A DNA stretch of 64,000 nucleotides from NCBI GenBank assembly GCA_002712285.1, contig PATC01000016.1, positions 17,219 through 81,218 on the forward strand, read 5' to 3'. The notes beneath the pieces were generated by a model, which was given only the letters and a program-made list of their open reading frames with translations, was not told the origin of the DNA and did not search any database. Position numbers and translations under genes: made by a program. This DNA is from Methanobacteriota archaeon. GTDB lineage: Archaea; Thermoplasmatota; Poseidoniia; Poseidoniales; Thalassarchaeaceae. Positions 1 to 9,761 of the stretch are shown here, piece by piece; positions within the stretch are counted from its first letter, which is position 1, and each line of letters opens with the position of its first letter.

Positions 1-2238
1 AAGAACGCCTCCATATGGGTCCGCTTCAACTGAGAAGACGTCGTTAGATTGCATTGGAGAGCCTTGACCTGGTTGATTCCCCCCTCCTCCTGAAGTGTAA
101 CGATCGATTACTTCCCCCGTAACACGATCATACACTAGAACTCCGAATCCATCAAGGCCCAACCACACTGTGGTGCCGTCACTTGCAATTGGTGCCCAAT
201 CAAGCTCATCCGCACCAAGTGATTGCCATGAGCCAATAACCTCGTTAGTTGTAAGATCAATCCTCATGACGCCTTCCTCATCGCTGCCGATATAGACGAT
301 ACCTGAACGAGTTGCGATTTCTCCAACATCGTCACTATCGAGTTCCTGTAAACCACTTGCTTGTTCATTGAACTCAGTCACAGTACCACTACTCAAATTC
401 CATACCGTCAAACCCTGACCTGGATGAGATAGGCTCAGTGTAGATGTGTATGCATCGTAAGACATGTCTTGAACGAAATCAGAAGCGATAGAGGGTGAAG
501 AGCTCTCATCCAGAGTCTGAAGAAGAGAACCATTGGAATCGTAAACCATCAAGCCAGCACCTGCAGTCCCAAGGTAGACATCAGTTCCATCTGTGGCAAT
601 GGATCGACCATCCTCGTTGGTGCGTATCGATTCAAGCCAGATATTCTGAGATGAGTCGAATCTGTCGATCCAGTCAGCACCACCTATCCAGTAAACATCA
701 CCCAATCGTGTAATGCTCATCATTTCATCAGCACTGGGAGAATTTGCGAAAAGTTCTGTGCGCTCAAACGATGGTGTATTTCCAGCCTCAAGGACGGAGA
801 CGCGCCCTGATGCGCCAATCAACAAAACGGACTCATTGGTGGGGCCACGTAGTGCTCCTTCGGTTGCCTCCCATGGTAACACTACAATCGGGCTCGGGAC
901 ATTCAGATTTGTTGCGGTATCTGTCGAGGTGAATGTTAGACTAGTTCCGTTGTAGGTATGCAAAACATCTCCTGCTAGAATGTGAATCCAGTCATCCGTA
1001 GCTGACATGCTCTGAACATCATCACTCGAAAGCCAATTCTGCGAAGACCATGTGGCTAGCCAAGAGCCTGTATTGAGATCCTTTCGCATAACTCCTCCAT
1101 CTGCTGTAGGGATGTAGAGTACGTCGCCAGCCCTTTCGAAGCCAATAATAGAATCACTGGTTAATGCATTCTGAGTATCCCAATGGGTGTAAGTGGCACC
1201 GTCCCACATCGTGATACCATGATCTTCTGTTCCAACATAGAGGTCGGAGCCATCAACGAACATCGAAGTTGGAATGACCCGTTCGTCCGAGGTTCCCGCA
1301 CATGGCCCAGTAGCTGTTGTTCCAGATGATGTAGAAATTGGGTCTACTGTCCATGCACCTGTTGTTGGATCATAGCGTTCAATTGAACAATCACTGACTG
1401 CCCATACATCGCCATTACCATCCACAGCAAGGTCAACCTTTGGTGGGGTTTGGCCTCCAACCACACCAAGTGACATCATTGAAGTAAAATCATCCGCACT
1501 GAAAGCAGATACTCCGGCTGCGCTAGCGATAAGAATTCGGCCTCCGGCTGCATCGACCTCGATGGCAGTTGGTTCATTCAATTCGATTACATCGATAACC
1601 CATGGATCATTATTTGCATCAACAACGAGAATATTGTCATTTGTGACAACATACAATCGGTGGTCTGCAGGATGTAGGGCCCAATCCTTCACTTCAAACT
1701 CAAGGCGTTCGAAGGATACCAAGGGGTCTGCGGGACGTAGTGCTTCGATTACTAGATCGGTGATGGTTACTCCTGCCGGGAGAACGTGGGTCGCCCCTGT
1801 ATCTGTTGTCGGGCTGAGGCGTGCAGTATGTGGATCGCCATTCAGAAAGTCAACTGCGCGTCCAAAATCACCATATGTTCGCCAATCCAAAAGACTGGTT
1901 TGAGTATCCATCAACGTAAGTTGTGGTTGATCTACCCAAACACCGTCTGACCCATTGACTTGAATTTCAAAAGTAAGATTCGATATCTCTGCTCCTGGTG
2001 CAAAATCTAGCATGATTTGCCCTGTTGCATCTGTTGCAGTAGATGGGTCGGCTCCCATCGCTTCAAGTAAAATCCATCCTGTGTCGTTAGAGCCATCCAT
2101 AGGCCATTCAGCTACTTGGGAAGGGTGAGCGCTTATGACTGGTGAAAAACCAATTGCTGAAAGGCTACTGAAGAGCATCAGCAATACCATCAGAACCGCT
2201 GAACGAGGAGCGGAGCCGGGAGAATTGGGTTGATGCAT
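1..2238 (-). CDS. Secreted beta-propeller-type repeat protein (Reg_prop/YVTN-like blades), N-terminal 746 codons; the ORF runs off the left edge of the window
   Basis: The reverse frame is open from ATG at 2238 to position 1. It is missing from the ORF track only because it has no stop inside the window. The N-terminus MHQPNSPGSAPRSAVLMVLLMLFSSLSAIGFSPVISA looks like a signal peptide. Blade-like motifs recur: GDVLYIPTADGGV, GSDLYVGTEDHGITMWD, GTDVYLGTAGAGLMVYD, GIVYIGSDEEGVMRID. The family assignment is by pattern only. Confidence 0.6.
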   Translation of the reverse strand, partial: MHQPNSPGSAPRSAVLMVLLMLFSSLSAIGFSPVISAHPSQVAEWPMDGSNDTGWILLEAMGADPSTATDATGQIMLDFAPGAEISNLTFEIQVNGSDGVWVDQPQLTLMDTQTSLLDWRTYGDFGRAVDFLNGDPHTARLSPTTDTGATHVLPAGVTITDLVIEALRPADPLVSFERLEFEVKDWALHPADHRLYVVTNDNILVVDANNDPWVIDVIELNEPTAIEVDAAGGRILIASAAGVSAFSADDFTSMMSLGVVGGQTPPKVDLAVDGNGDVWAVSDCSIERYDPTTGAWTVDPISTSSGTTATGPCAGTSDERVIPTSMFVDGSDLYVGTEDHGITMWDGATYTHWDTQNALTSDSIIGFERAGDVLYIPTADGGVMRKDLNTGSWLATWSSQNWLSSDDVQSMSATDDWIHILAGDVLHTYNGTSLTFTSTDTATNLNVPSPIVVLPWEATEGALRGPTNESVLLIGASGRVSVLEAGNTPSFERTELFANSPSADEMMSITRLGDVYWIGGADWIDRFDSSQNIWLESIRTNEDGRSIATDGTDVYLGTAGAGLMVYDSNGSLLQTLDESSSPSIASDFVQDMSYDAYTSTLSLSHPGQGLTVWNLSSGTVTEFNEQASGLQELDSDDVGEIATRSGIVYIGSDEEGVMRIDLTTNEVIGSWQSLGADELDWAPIASDGTTVWLGLDGFGVLVYDRVTGEVIDRYTSGGGGNQPGQGSPMQSNDVFSVEADPYGGVL

Positions 2239-2324
2239 GAGAATGTGGCATCTCCAATGACATTTGAAAGACACTACCTCGTGTGTGGGTATGAAAATCT
2301 AGTAATTGAGAATGGTATGAGTTC

Positions 2325-3788
2325 TCATTCGTCACCAACGACGGCGCCATCTTCCCCCACACGATACAATCGTGCAGTGGATGTAGGGTCACTCATTGCT
2401 TTTGGAGAGCCGCTGATAGCTACCACACGATCTCCCGCTGTCAGGCGGTTATTTTCAAACACAAGACGGATTGCGTTTCTCATCGTTGTACTTCCACGGT
2501 CCTCTTCCTTGCAAAGAATTGCGTCTACTCCTGGAAGAAGCATGACTCGGCGAGCCACTGAAGGCGAATTTGTAACCGCAGTGATTGGAATTGATGTAGA
2601 ATGGGCTGAAACGAGGCGGGCCGCATTCCCATGCTGAGTCGCTACGAGAATACGATCGGCTTCTGCGATGCCGGCAAGTGTCACACCTGCATGAGCCACG
2701 GCTCTAGTGAGAAGCAGTTTAGCATCTGAAGGAGCCATTAGTTCATCCCATTCAATCTCTGCGCGTCGAGTGATTCGTAACATAATTTGTAATGCTTCAA
2801 CAGGATACTTTCCAGTTGCAGTTTCGCCAGATAACATAACACCAGTTGCACCGTGACGAATTGCGTTTGCAACATCTGCAACTTCTGCACGTGTTGGACG
2901 TGGATTAGACACCATGGATTCCAACATTTGAGTTGCAACAATAACTGGAAGTCCTCGGCTACGTGCACTTTTGACAATGCGCTCTTGGGCCATTGGTACC
3001 TCTTCAGGTGGGATTTCTACGCCCAAATCTCCCCTAGCCACCATAACAGCATCACTAGCTTCGATTATCTCATCGAGACTCTCGAGTGCCATCGGATGTT
3101 CAATCTTGGAAATGATCCATGCTTCAGATTCTGTCTCATCCAATATACGTCGAACTGGAAGAATATCTTCAACGGTTCTCACATAAGAAACTGCAATGAA
3201 TTCAACCCCCAGTGATAACGCATGATGTAGGGCTTCCTCATCTCGTGGGCCGACCGCTGGTAATTTTACAACCGTTCCAGGCACGTTGATTCCCTTACGC
3301 TGAGAGATTGAGCCTCCTTCAATGACTTCACAGATTACTTCGTTACCTTGACATGATTTAACTTCCAGTTGAATCAATCCATCTGAAAGAAGAACTGGGT
3401 CGCCTGGTTGCAATTCTTCAGCAAGACCAAGGTACTCCACGGGCAGAGTTGTAGATGTTGCCTCTCCCGTTGCTTCTCCACATCGAAGAGTCAATTGTGA
3501 TCCTGCTTCAAGAATGGGTTCGCCTGAAAAATATCCAAGCCGAAGTTTTGGGCCTGGAAGATCTGCTAGAATTCCAACATGAATGTTGCACTCTTCGCCA
3601 ATCTTTCGAATTCGCTGAGCAACTTCGGCTCGCCACTCATCTGTACCATGGCTGTAATTCAAACGAGCCACGTCGAGGCCTGCCTTGATCATGGTCCTGA
3701 GGGAATCCTCATCGCATGATGCTGGACCGATGGTTGCAACGATGCGTGTCCTTCGCATGATTGGATGCTGTTGCTCAATGTGCTTCAA
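2325..3788 (-). CDS. pyk: Pyruvate kinase
   Basis: 487-aa ORF carrying the canonical motifs RIVATIGPAS, LNYSHG, MVARGDLGVEIP and ATQMLESM. An alternative start is ATG at 3758 (MRRTRIVAT). Confidence 0.95.
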   Translation of the reverse strand: MKHIEQQHPIMRRTRIVATIGPASCDEDSLRTMIKAGLDVARLNYSHGTDEWRAEVAQRIRKIGEECNIHVGILADLPGPKLRLGYFSGEPILEAGSQLTLRCGEATGEATSTTLPVEYLGLAEELQPGDPVLLSDGLIQLEVKSCQGNEVICEVIEGGSISQRKGINVPGTVVKLPAVGPRDEEALHHALSLGVEFIAVSYVRTVEDILPVRRILDETESEAWIISKIEHPMALESLDEIIEASDAVMVARGDLGVEIPPEEVPMAQERIVKSARSRGLPVIVATQMLESMVSNPRPTRAEVADVANAIRHGATGVMLSGETATGKYPVEALQIMLRITRRAEIEWDELMAPSDAKLLLTRAVAHAGVTLAGIAEADRILVATQHGNAARLVSAHSTSIPITAVTNSPSVARRVMLLPGVDAILCKEEDRGSTTMRNAIRLVFENNRLTAGDRVVAISGSPKAMSDPTSTARLYRVGEDGAVVGDE

Positions 3789-3821
3789 TGAAACCTATTG
3801 GGAAGTCGGAAAATTACTATT

Positions 3822-3844
3822 TGACAAAGGAACGGGTTTTGTCA
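3822..3844. promoter_or_regulatory. Inverted repeat TGACAAA-N9-TTTGTCA in the divergent pyk/maeB control region
   Basis: Perfect 7-bp arms at 3822-3828 and 3838-3844, read directly from the sequence. It lies in the 105-bp spacer between pyk (minus, start 3788) and maeB (plus, start 3894). An operator role is a guess. Confidence 0.3.
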
Positions 3845-3893
3845 GTTCCATAGTACGAAAACCCAAAGCCAAACGACGCTGGGAGATAGAAGG

Positions 3894-6182
3894 ATGAGCA
3901 AGGACAAGACTCTGGAACGTGACGCTCTTGAGTACCACGAGGCAAGTCCTCAGGGGAAATTGACTGTTGTTCCAACAAAGCCCCATTCCACCCAACGTGA
4001 ATTGTCTCTTGCCTACTCGCCTGGTGTAGCATATCCCTGTCTTGAAATCGAAAAAGATGCAGCCAATGCCTATCGTTACACTGCTAAAGGCAACCTTGTC
4101 GCAGTTATCAGCAATGGTACTGCGGTCCTCGGACTGGGTAATATCGGCGCATTGGCAGGAAAACCTGTGATGGAAGGTAAGGGCTTGCTGTTCAAAGCAT
4201 TCGCTGACATCGATGTTTTCGATATCGAAGTCGATTCCGAAGATATTGATGAATTTGTTCAGACTGTGAAGAATATTGCACCAACATTTGGTGGGATTAA
4301 TCTAGAGGATATCAAAGCCCCCGAATGTTTCGAAATAGAGAGGCGTCTAGTCGAAGAATTGGATATTCCTGTGATGCATGATGATCAACATGGAACTGCA
4401 ATCATCTCCGGAGCAGCGCTACTAAATGGTCTCGAAATTGTCGATAAGAAAATTGAGGATGTTAGGGTCGTTGTTCTTGGGGCAGGTGCAAGTGCAATCT
4501 CTTGTGCATCCCATTATATCCAGCTTGGCGTGACTCTTGAGAATCTCATAATGTGTGATTCTGGAGGTATCATGAACAAGCGACGGCTTGAAGGTGGTGA
4601 ACTCAATGAGTATAAGTCAAGATTTGCGCATGATATTGAAGATGGAACGATCAAAGATGCAATCAAAGATGCTGATGTCTTTCTAGGCCTCTCAAAGGGC
4701 GGTCTTGTATCTAAATCGATGATCGCAAGTATGGCACCTAATCCTCTTGTCTTTGCAATGGCAAATCCAACACCAGAGATTATGCCAGAAGATGTTGCTG
4801 AAGTGCGAACAGATGCAATTATGGCAACAGGTCGTTCCGATTACCCAAATCAGATCAACAATGTTCTCGGATTCCCCTATATTTTCCGGGGAGCGCTAGA
4901 TGTACGTGCGAAAGAAATCACTGAAGGCATGAAAATGGCCGCGACACATGCCTTAGCTGCACTCGCAAAAGAAACAGTACCTGACCATGTAGCAGCAGCA
5001 TATGGAGGGACTTCGCTCCAATTTGGACCTAGTTACCTAATTCCGAAACCTTTCGATGAGCGTGTCTTAATCTGGGAAGCATCGGCAGTCGCACAAGCTG
5101 CTGTAAACGAGGGCGTTGCAGAAGTTAAGCCTGAAAATTTCGATATCAATGCCTATCGACGAGAACTGGAAGGACGGCTCGGATTAACTAGAAGTCTGAT
5201 GCGTGGCGTCATGAATCAGGCAAAATCCGAAGTGAAACGTATTGTATTCACCGAAGGTGATCATCCTACTGTAATCAAAGCCGCCGCAGAATGTGTTCGG
5301 GAAAGTATCTGTGATCCTATCCTACTAGGTAGAGAATCGACAATTAATGACCACAAAGAACGTTTAGGGTTGTCATTCGATTGTGAAATTATCGATGTTC
5401 GTGACGACCCCCGACGTAAGGGCATCTACTCTGATGTGCTCAGTGAAATGCGTGCACGTAAAGGCGTAACGAGGGCTGATGCTGTGAGAATGTTGCGATC
5501 AAGAACCTATTTTGGTTCAATGATGGTTGCTCAAGATGATGCTGACGGACTCGTAGGTGGTATTGATCGCCATTATCCAGATATTCTCCGACCATGCCTC
5601 CATACAATTGGCACTGCAGACGACGTTGAACGACTTGTTGGGATGTATATGATGACAATCAAAGGTCAGTTACTTTTCATTGGTGATGCTACGATAAATA
5701 TCTACCCTGATGCCGAAACACTTGCTGAAATCGCAATCGAAACTGCAAAAATGGCTCGACGATTCGGTGTTAAGCCAGTAGTTGCGATGCTTTCGTTCTC
5801 TAATTTTGGATCTTCGAAGGAATACCGAAGTACGCGAATTGAAGAGGCGATTCGTATCGTGCGAGAACGTGATTCAAGTCTCATTATCGATGGGCCAATG
5901 CAAGCAGACACGGCATTAGTTTCCGAAATTCAAGAAGAGTACCCATTCATGACCTTCGAGGGGCCAGCAAATGTGCTAATATGTCCAAATCTCGCTGCAG
6001 CAAACATTGGCTACAAATTACTCCAACGTCTAGGTGGTGCAGAAGCAACAGGCCCAATTCTTGAGGGAATGGCAAAGCCTGTACAAGTGCTCCAACGCGG
6101 TGACGGCGTGAGTGATATCGTGCGAATGGCAGCCATCTGTGCTGTAGATGCTCAGCGTCATCAACGCGAACGATTGAACTGA
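3894..6182 (+). CDS. maeB: NADP-dependent malic enzyme, MaeB type (malic enzyme fused to a phosphotransacetylase-like C-terminal domain)
   Basis: 762-aa ORF. Malic-enzyme motifs are [33 protein letters not shown] and [12 protein letters not shown]-like domain of about 330 aa follows, giving the bacterial MaeB architecture. Confidence 0.92.
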   Translation: MSKDKTLERDALEYHEASPQGKLTVVPTKPHSTQRELSLAYSPGVAYPCLEIEKDAANAYRYTAKGNLVAVISNGTAVLGLGNIGALAGKPVMEGKGLLFKAFADIDVFDIEVDSEDIDEFVQTVKNIAPTFGGINLEDIKAPECFEIERRLVEELDIPVMHDDQHGTAIISGAALLNGLEIVDKKIEDVRVVVLGAGASAISCASHYIQLGVTLENLIMCDSGGIMNKRRLEGGELNEYKSRFAHDIEDGTIKDAIKDADVFLGLSKGGLVSKSMIASMAPNPLVFAMANPTPEIMPEDVAEVRTDAIMATGRSDYPNQINNVLGFPYIFRGALDVRAKEITEGMKMAATHALAALAKETVPDHVAAAYGGTSLQFGPSYLIPKPFDERVLIWEASAVAQAAVNEGVAEVKPENFDINAYRRELEGRLGLTRSLMRGVMNQAKSEVKRIVFTEGDHPTVIKAAAECVRESICDPILLGRESTINDHKERLGLSFDCEIIDVRDDPRRKGIYSDVLSEMRARKGVTRADAVRMLRSRTYFGSMMVAQDDADGLVGGIDRHYPDILRPCLHTIGTADDVERLVGMYMMTIKGQLLFIGDATINIYPDAETLAEIAIETAKMARRFGVKPVVAMLSFSNFGSSKEYRSTRIEEAIRIVRERDSSLIIDGPMQADTALVSEIQEEYPFMTFEGPANVLICPNLAAANIGYKLLQRLGGAEATGPILEGMAKPVQVLQRGDGVSDIVRMAAICAVDAQRHQRERLN

Positions 6183-6237
6183 ACTTTCAGTCATAACGAT
6201 GGTTTCATGTGAGATGCAAAAGTCGTCGGATTCCCAA

Positions 6238-6322
6238 GCAGGGGTACCCGAGTGGTCAAAGGGGCTGGGATGAGGTCCCAGTGCGTAGTGCTTCGCAGGT
6301 TCAAATCCTGTCCCCTGCACCA
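6238..6322 (+). tRNA. tRNA-Leu (anticodon GAG), type II with long variable arm, genomically encoded CCA
   Basis: Hand-folded. Acceptor GCAGGGG/CCCCTGC. Anticodon stem CTGGG/CCCAG with loop ATGAGGT (U33, GAG, G37). 13-nt variable arm. T-arm GCAGG-TTCAAAT-CCTGT. Discriminator A followed by CCA. Confidence 0.85.
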
Positions 6323-6378
6323 TTAATCCCTCAACCATGAGGTTGAAGGGAGGTTGCCCCTCCCAAGAAACGATTGCT

Positions 6379-7839
6379 ATGAGAGTAACCTCATGCTTGT
6401 TACTCACTCTGTTGATGATAGGGGGGAGTTTGAGTGGTTGCTTTGGTGATGAGGAAGAAGCAGTTGTAGAAGAGCCGTCGCCCTTTGATTTTGAAAAAGA
6501 AATTCCTGAAACAACATGGTATCATTACGCTGGGGGAGTCGACGCTCTCAACGATTCTGCCGTCGAAGCTGCCAATATTACTGTGAATCTAACAGGAGAT
6601 AATACGCCATTCTGGACTCAAGGATCCTACTACGGAATTGGGATGAGTACATTCGAACCAACTATTGGAGTTACGTCTGATGATAATCTGTACATGACAA
6701 GTTGGGGGAATGGGCCCCTTGGATCAACTGCTATTGTCCAATGTAGTGGGCTGATTGGAATGACCAATCTGTCAGATTATTCTTGCGAGGACACATACGA
6801 TCCATTACTCCCAGTCCCAAATAGCAATGATCCCTACGTCTATGTTGACAAATGGACTGATCGAATCATGAAATTCGACATGCATGCATTGCTTGGAATG
6901 ACTGTCGAGTGGTCAGACAATGAGGGGGCCTCTTGGTCGCCACCTACTGTGGCTACGGACATTCGCTCTGTCCAAGATCATCAAACGATTACTTCTGCCC
7001 CCTACCCCGCGGCTTTGCACCCAACAACATGGGTGTTCTGCATCAATGGAAATGCTCCTCACCCGTTATGCTCCTCGAGTTTTGATGGTGGAAATACTTG
7101 GACTCCTGAGGTATCTGGTGCACCTATTGATTGTCAAAGTGGAGGGTTAACTGCCCATCTTGAAGGAGGGCCAAATGGTAACTTCTACAGAGGAAATGCC
7201 GGTTGTGATGGAAGTGGATATGCGATTTACCGTAGTACTAACGGCGGATTCACATGGACTGAGCATACACTCCCTACAGAAGAATCGGGGACTGCTGATA
7301 CTTGGAATGCAGAAGAAGCGCAAGTTGCAATTGATGATGATGATAACGTCCATGCAATGTGGATGGGGTCTGATAACATGCCCTACTACGCATACTCTCG
7401 AGATGAAGGAGAGACTTGGAGTGATGCAATGATGATTGCCCCGCCTACTGAGCTTGTTGGTACTGGTTTCCCAGTCGTGACTGCTGGTGCAGCTGGAAAA
7501 GTTGCATTTGGATATGTAGGCGATGCTGGAAATAATACTTGGAATGGTTACATGACTGTGATTACGGATGCATTTAGTGAAAATCCATTGATGACAACTA
7601 TACAAATCAATGAGCCAGGAAATCCACTAGATACAGAGGATGGTTGTGGATACAACCGATGTGGAGGCCTTGGTGATTTCTTGGATATGGCAGTTGATCA
7701 ACACGGTCGGCCTTGGTTCGGACTATCCCATAACCTAGCAGATATCGGAATTTTCGCTACACTAACTGAAGGTCCAGCATTAAGGGGATTAGATGCAGAA
7801 TTGGGTGTAATGCCTCTTGGTGGAGAAGAGACTCTCTGA
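6379..7839 (+). CDS. Exported BNR/Asp-box repeat protein (sialidase-like beta-propeller), probable lipoprotein
   Basis: Four Asp-boxes: SDNEGASW, SFDGGNTW, STNGGFTW, SRDEGETW. The N-terminus MRVTSCLLLTLLMIGGSLSGCFG is a hydrophobic region followed by Cys. I moved the start from the track's 6337 to ATG 6379, because 6337 lies only 15 nt after tRNA-Leu and upstream of the signal peptide. Confidence 0.8.
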   Translation: MRVTSCLLLTLLMIGGSLSGCFGDEEEAVVEEPSPFDFEKEIPETTWYHYAGGVDALNDSAVEAANITVNLTGDNTPFWTQGSYYGIGMSTFEPTIGVTSDDNLYMTSWGNGPLGSTAIVQCSGLIGMTNLSDYSCEDTYDPLLPVPNSNDPYVYVDKWTDRIMKFDMHALLGMTVEWSDNEGASWSPPTVATDIRSVQDHQTITSAPYPAALHPTTWVFCINGNAPHPLCSSSFDGGNTWTPEVSGAPIDCQSGGLTAHLEGGPNGNFYRGNAGCDGSGYAIYRSTNGGFTWTEHTLPTEESGTADTWNAEEAQVAIDDDDNVHAMWMGSDNMPYYAYSRDEGETWSDAMMIAPPTELVGTGFPVVTAGAAGKVAFGYVGDAGNNTWNGYMTVITDAFSENPLMTTIQINEPGNPLDTEDGCGYNRCGGLGDFLDMAVDQHGRPWFGLSHNLADIGIFATLTEGPALRGLDAELGVMPLGGEETL

Positions 7840-7876
7840 CGGCATGCTTTCAGTCCGTGCGCCCTTGTAACCCAAC

Positions 7877-8239
7877 ATGACTTGGGTTGAATTGCTACTA
7901 AAGGGCCTGTTCAGTGGTGGAATGATTGTTGGTGCAAGTGAGATAGCAAAACGATCGATTGTTTTCGGAGCAGTGATAATTTCACTTCCATTATCGAGTA
8001 TTTTCTCAATGATTATGCTCCATCGTGATGGTGTCAATTCAGAGGATATCGCTGCTTATGCAGAGAGTATTCTGTATCTTGTCCTACCTGCACTTGCACT
8101 ATTCGCTGTAATGCCAATACTTCTCAGGAGAGGATGGGATTTCTGGCCCTCGCTTGGTGTCGGGATTATCTTAACAATCGCACTATATGGTGCGGGTATT
8201 ATGCTCGCCACTCGATTCGCTATTGACGGGCAAGCATGA
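7877..8239 (+). CDS. Small 4-TM integral membrane protein (DUF3147-like by pattern)
   Basis: 120-aa ORF with four hydrophobic segments. The general layout resembles DUF3147 proteins as I remember them. No catalytic motif. Confidence 0.55.
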   Translation: MTWVELLLKGLFSGGMIVGASEIAKRSIVFGAVIISLPLSSIFSMIMLHRDGVNSEDIAAYAESILYLVLPALALFAVMPILLRRGWDFWPSLGVGIILTIALYGAGIMLATRFAIDGQA

Positions 8240-8278
8240 AGAGGCTCCAAGAAGCGGAGCCGAATGGGGTAAATTCCA

Positions 8279-9073
8279 ATGCCGGGAGTCTTCGACCGAA
8301 AGAGAAGGCGTGCTATCGTACGCAAAATCTCTGAAGATTACGAAGATGCCTTGTCAACATATTTTGGAACAAAGCGGCCAGATCAAGTTGCTGCCAAGTA
8401 TCAGCATACAGGATATGTTGCTGCTTTGGAATCCTGTGGTGTTGAGGTTGAAATTCTTGAAGTTCTCGAAGGGCACCCTGATTGCTGTTTTGTTGAAGAC
8501 ACTGCCATTATCTTCGAAGATACGGCGGTTATCTGTAACCCAGGACATCCATCAAGAGCAGGTGAGGTGGAATCAATTGCTAAACGGCTTTCAAAGGAAT
8601 TCGAAATCCAAAAAATGCCCACTGATACAATGATGGATGGTGGGGACGTAATTTTCACCGGCACTGAACTCCTGATTGGGCTATCGACTCGAACCAATGC
8701 AAATGGAGCTGCGTTCCTCTCCAAGTTTGCCGCTGAACGAAACATACCAGCACAAATTATTGACGTACCAAAAACGACTTTGCATCTAACGACAGTTTGC
8801 TCAGTGCCACGAAATGGGACTATCATTGCAGCTGAAGGGCACCTGCGGCCTGACCAATTAGAAATGTTCGAAGAAGTCATTTGGGTACCTGAGGATGAAG
8901 CATATGCTGCTAACACCATTGCCTTTGAAGATGGGCGAATTATCATCTCAGAAGGGTTTCCAATTACGATTGAAAGGGTTCGTAATGCTGGATTTGAGCC
9001 CGTAATTGTTCCAATGAGTGAAATCATGCAGGCAGATGGAAGTCTTACGTGTCTATCACTCTTCATTGGCTGA
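8279..9073 (+). CDS. Dimethylarginine dimethylaminohydrolase-like enzyme (amidinotransferase / guanidino-group-modifying fold)
   Basis: 264 aa. Motifs PDCCFVEDTA, MDGGDVIF..LLIGLSTRTN, LHLTTVCS and the C-terminal ADGSLTCLSL (catalytic Cys) match the DDAH/arginine deiminase superfamily pattern. Confidence 0.78.
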   Translation: MPGVFDRKRRRAIVRKISEDYEDALSTYFGTKRPDQVAAKYQHTGYVAALESCGVEVEILEVLEGHPDCCFVEDTAIIFEDTAVICNPGHPSRAGEVESIAKRLSKEFEIQKMPTDTMMDGGDVIFTGTELLIGLSTRTNANGAAFLSKFAAERNIPAQIIDVPKTTLHLTTVCSVPRNGTIIAAEGHLRPDQLEMFEEVIWVPEDEAYAANTIAFEDGRIIISEGFPITIERVRNAGFEPVIVPMSEIMQADGSLTCLSLFIG

Positions 9074-9734
9074 GCGTGGTGAATACGTGCGCCGAGAGAT
9101 CCTCTACGCTTCCACCATTGCAATTGGCCTCCCCATATCACGATATTTTTCAGAATGGCCTGTCAATATCTGGTGTATTGGTCTGTTCATTTTTCTCTTT
9201 GTCCAAGCCAAACGAAAGGAACGAATTGAGATGGTGGCAGTTCTTGCTTTCGCGACGCCTATGGAGTTATTCTTCAGTGAATTTTGGTTAATTTACGAGT
9301 ATCAACGTGACCTTATGCCCCTTTACGTTCCTGTTGGCCATTGGTTCCTATTCGACCTCGGTAGACGGGTTGCAAATCGTTTACCTGAGAGTAAAAAAAT
9401 GGCAGGATGTGTGTTAGTTCCATTTGTCCCGTTGACGATTTGGATGGCTTTCGATGGAATTGATACTTCGGGGTTAATCCTGTTACTGCTAATGTTTGGA
9501 TTTATCAGATTTGGTCCTGCTCCCATGCTTTACGCTGTAATGGCTTGGCTTGCTCTTCTGATGGAACTTTGGGGAACTGGGTTGGGAACTTGGACTTGGG
9601 CATCAGAAGTGCCTTGGACGCCTTTGACTGCTTGGAATCCTCCATTACTTTGCGGTGCTTTCTATGGACTAGGTGACCTACTTGTCAACCTTTCAACAGA
9701 GAGATTTGACGATACTTCTGAACCGCTGGGTTGA
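9018..9734 (+). CDS. Polytopic integral membrane protein, unknown function (start uncertain)
   Basis: Hydrophobic ORF with about 6 TM segments. The track start at 9018 overlaps the preceding gene by 56 nt. An in-frame GTG at 9087, or the later Met (MVAVLAF), are more likely starts. Confidence 0.55.
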   Translation: MKSCRQMEVLRVYHSSLAERGEYVRREILYASTIAIGLPISRYFSEWPVNIWCIGLFIFLFVQAKRKERIEMVAVLAFATPMELFFSEFWLIYEYQRDLMPLYVPVGHWFLFDLGRRVANRLPESKKMAGCVLVPFVPLTIWMAFDGIDTSGLILLLLMFGFIRFGPAPMLYAVMAWLALLMELWGTGLGTWTWASEVPWTPLTAWNPPLLCGAFYGLGDLLVNLSTERFDDTSEPLG

Positions 9735-9761
9735 ATTCTAATCGTTGCTACGTTACGACTG

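Noticed and set aside
6030-6407. 125-aa minus-strand ORF spanning the maeB 3-prime end, tRNA-Leu and the start of the BNR gene
   Set aside because: It overlaps a well-folding tRNA and two supported genes, so it is a chance open frame.
8401-9141. 246-aa ORF antisense to the DDAH-like gene
   Set aside because: It fully overlaps a gene with clear family motifs. Its translation is Ser/Arg/Pro-rich with no motif, which is typical of a shadow frame.
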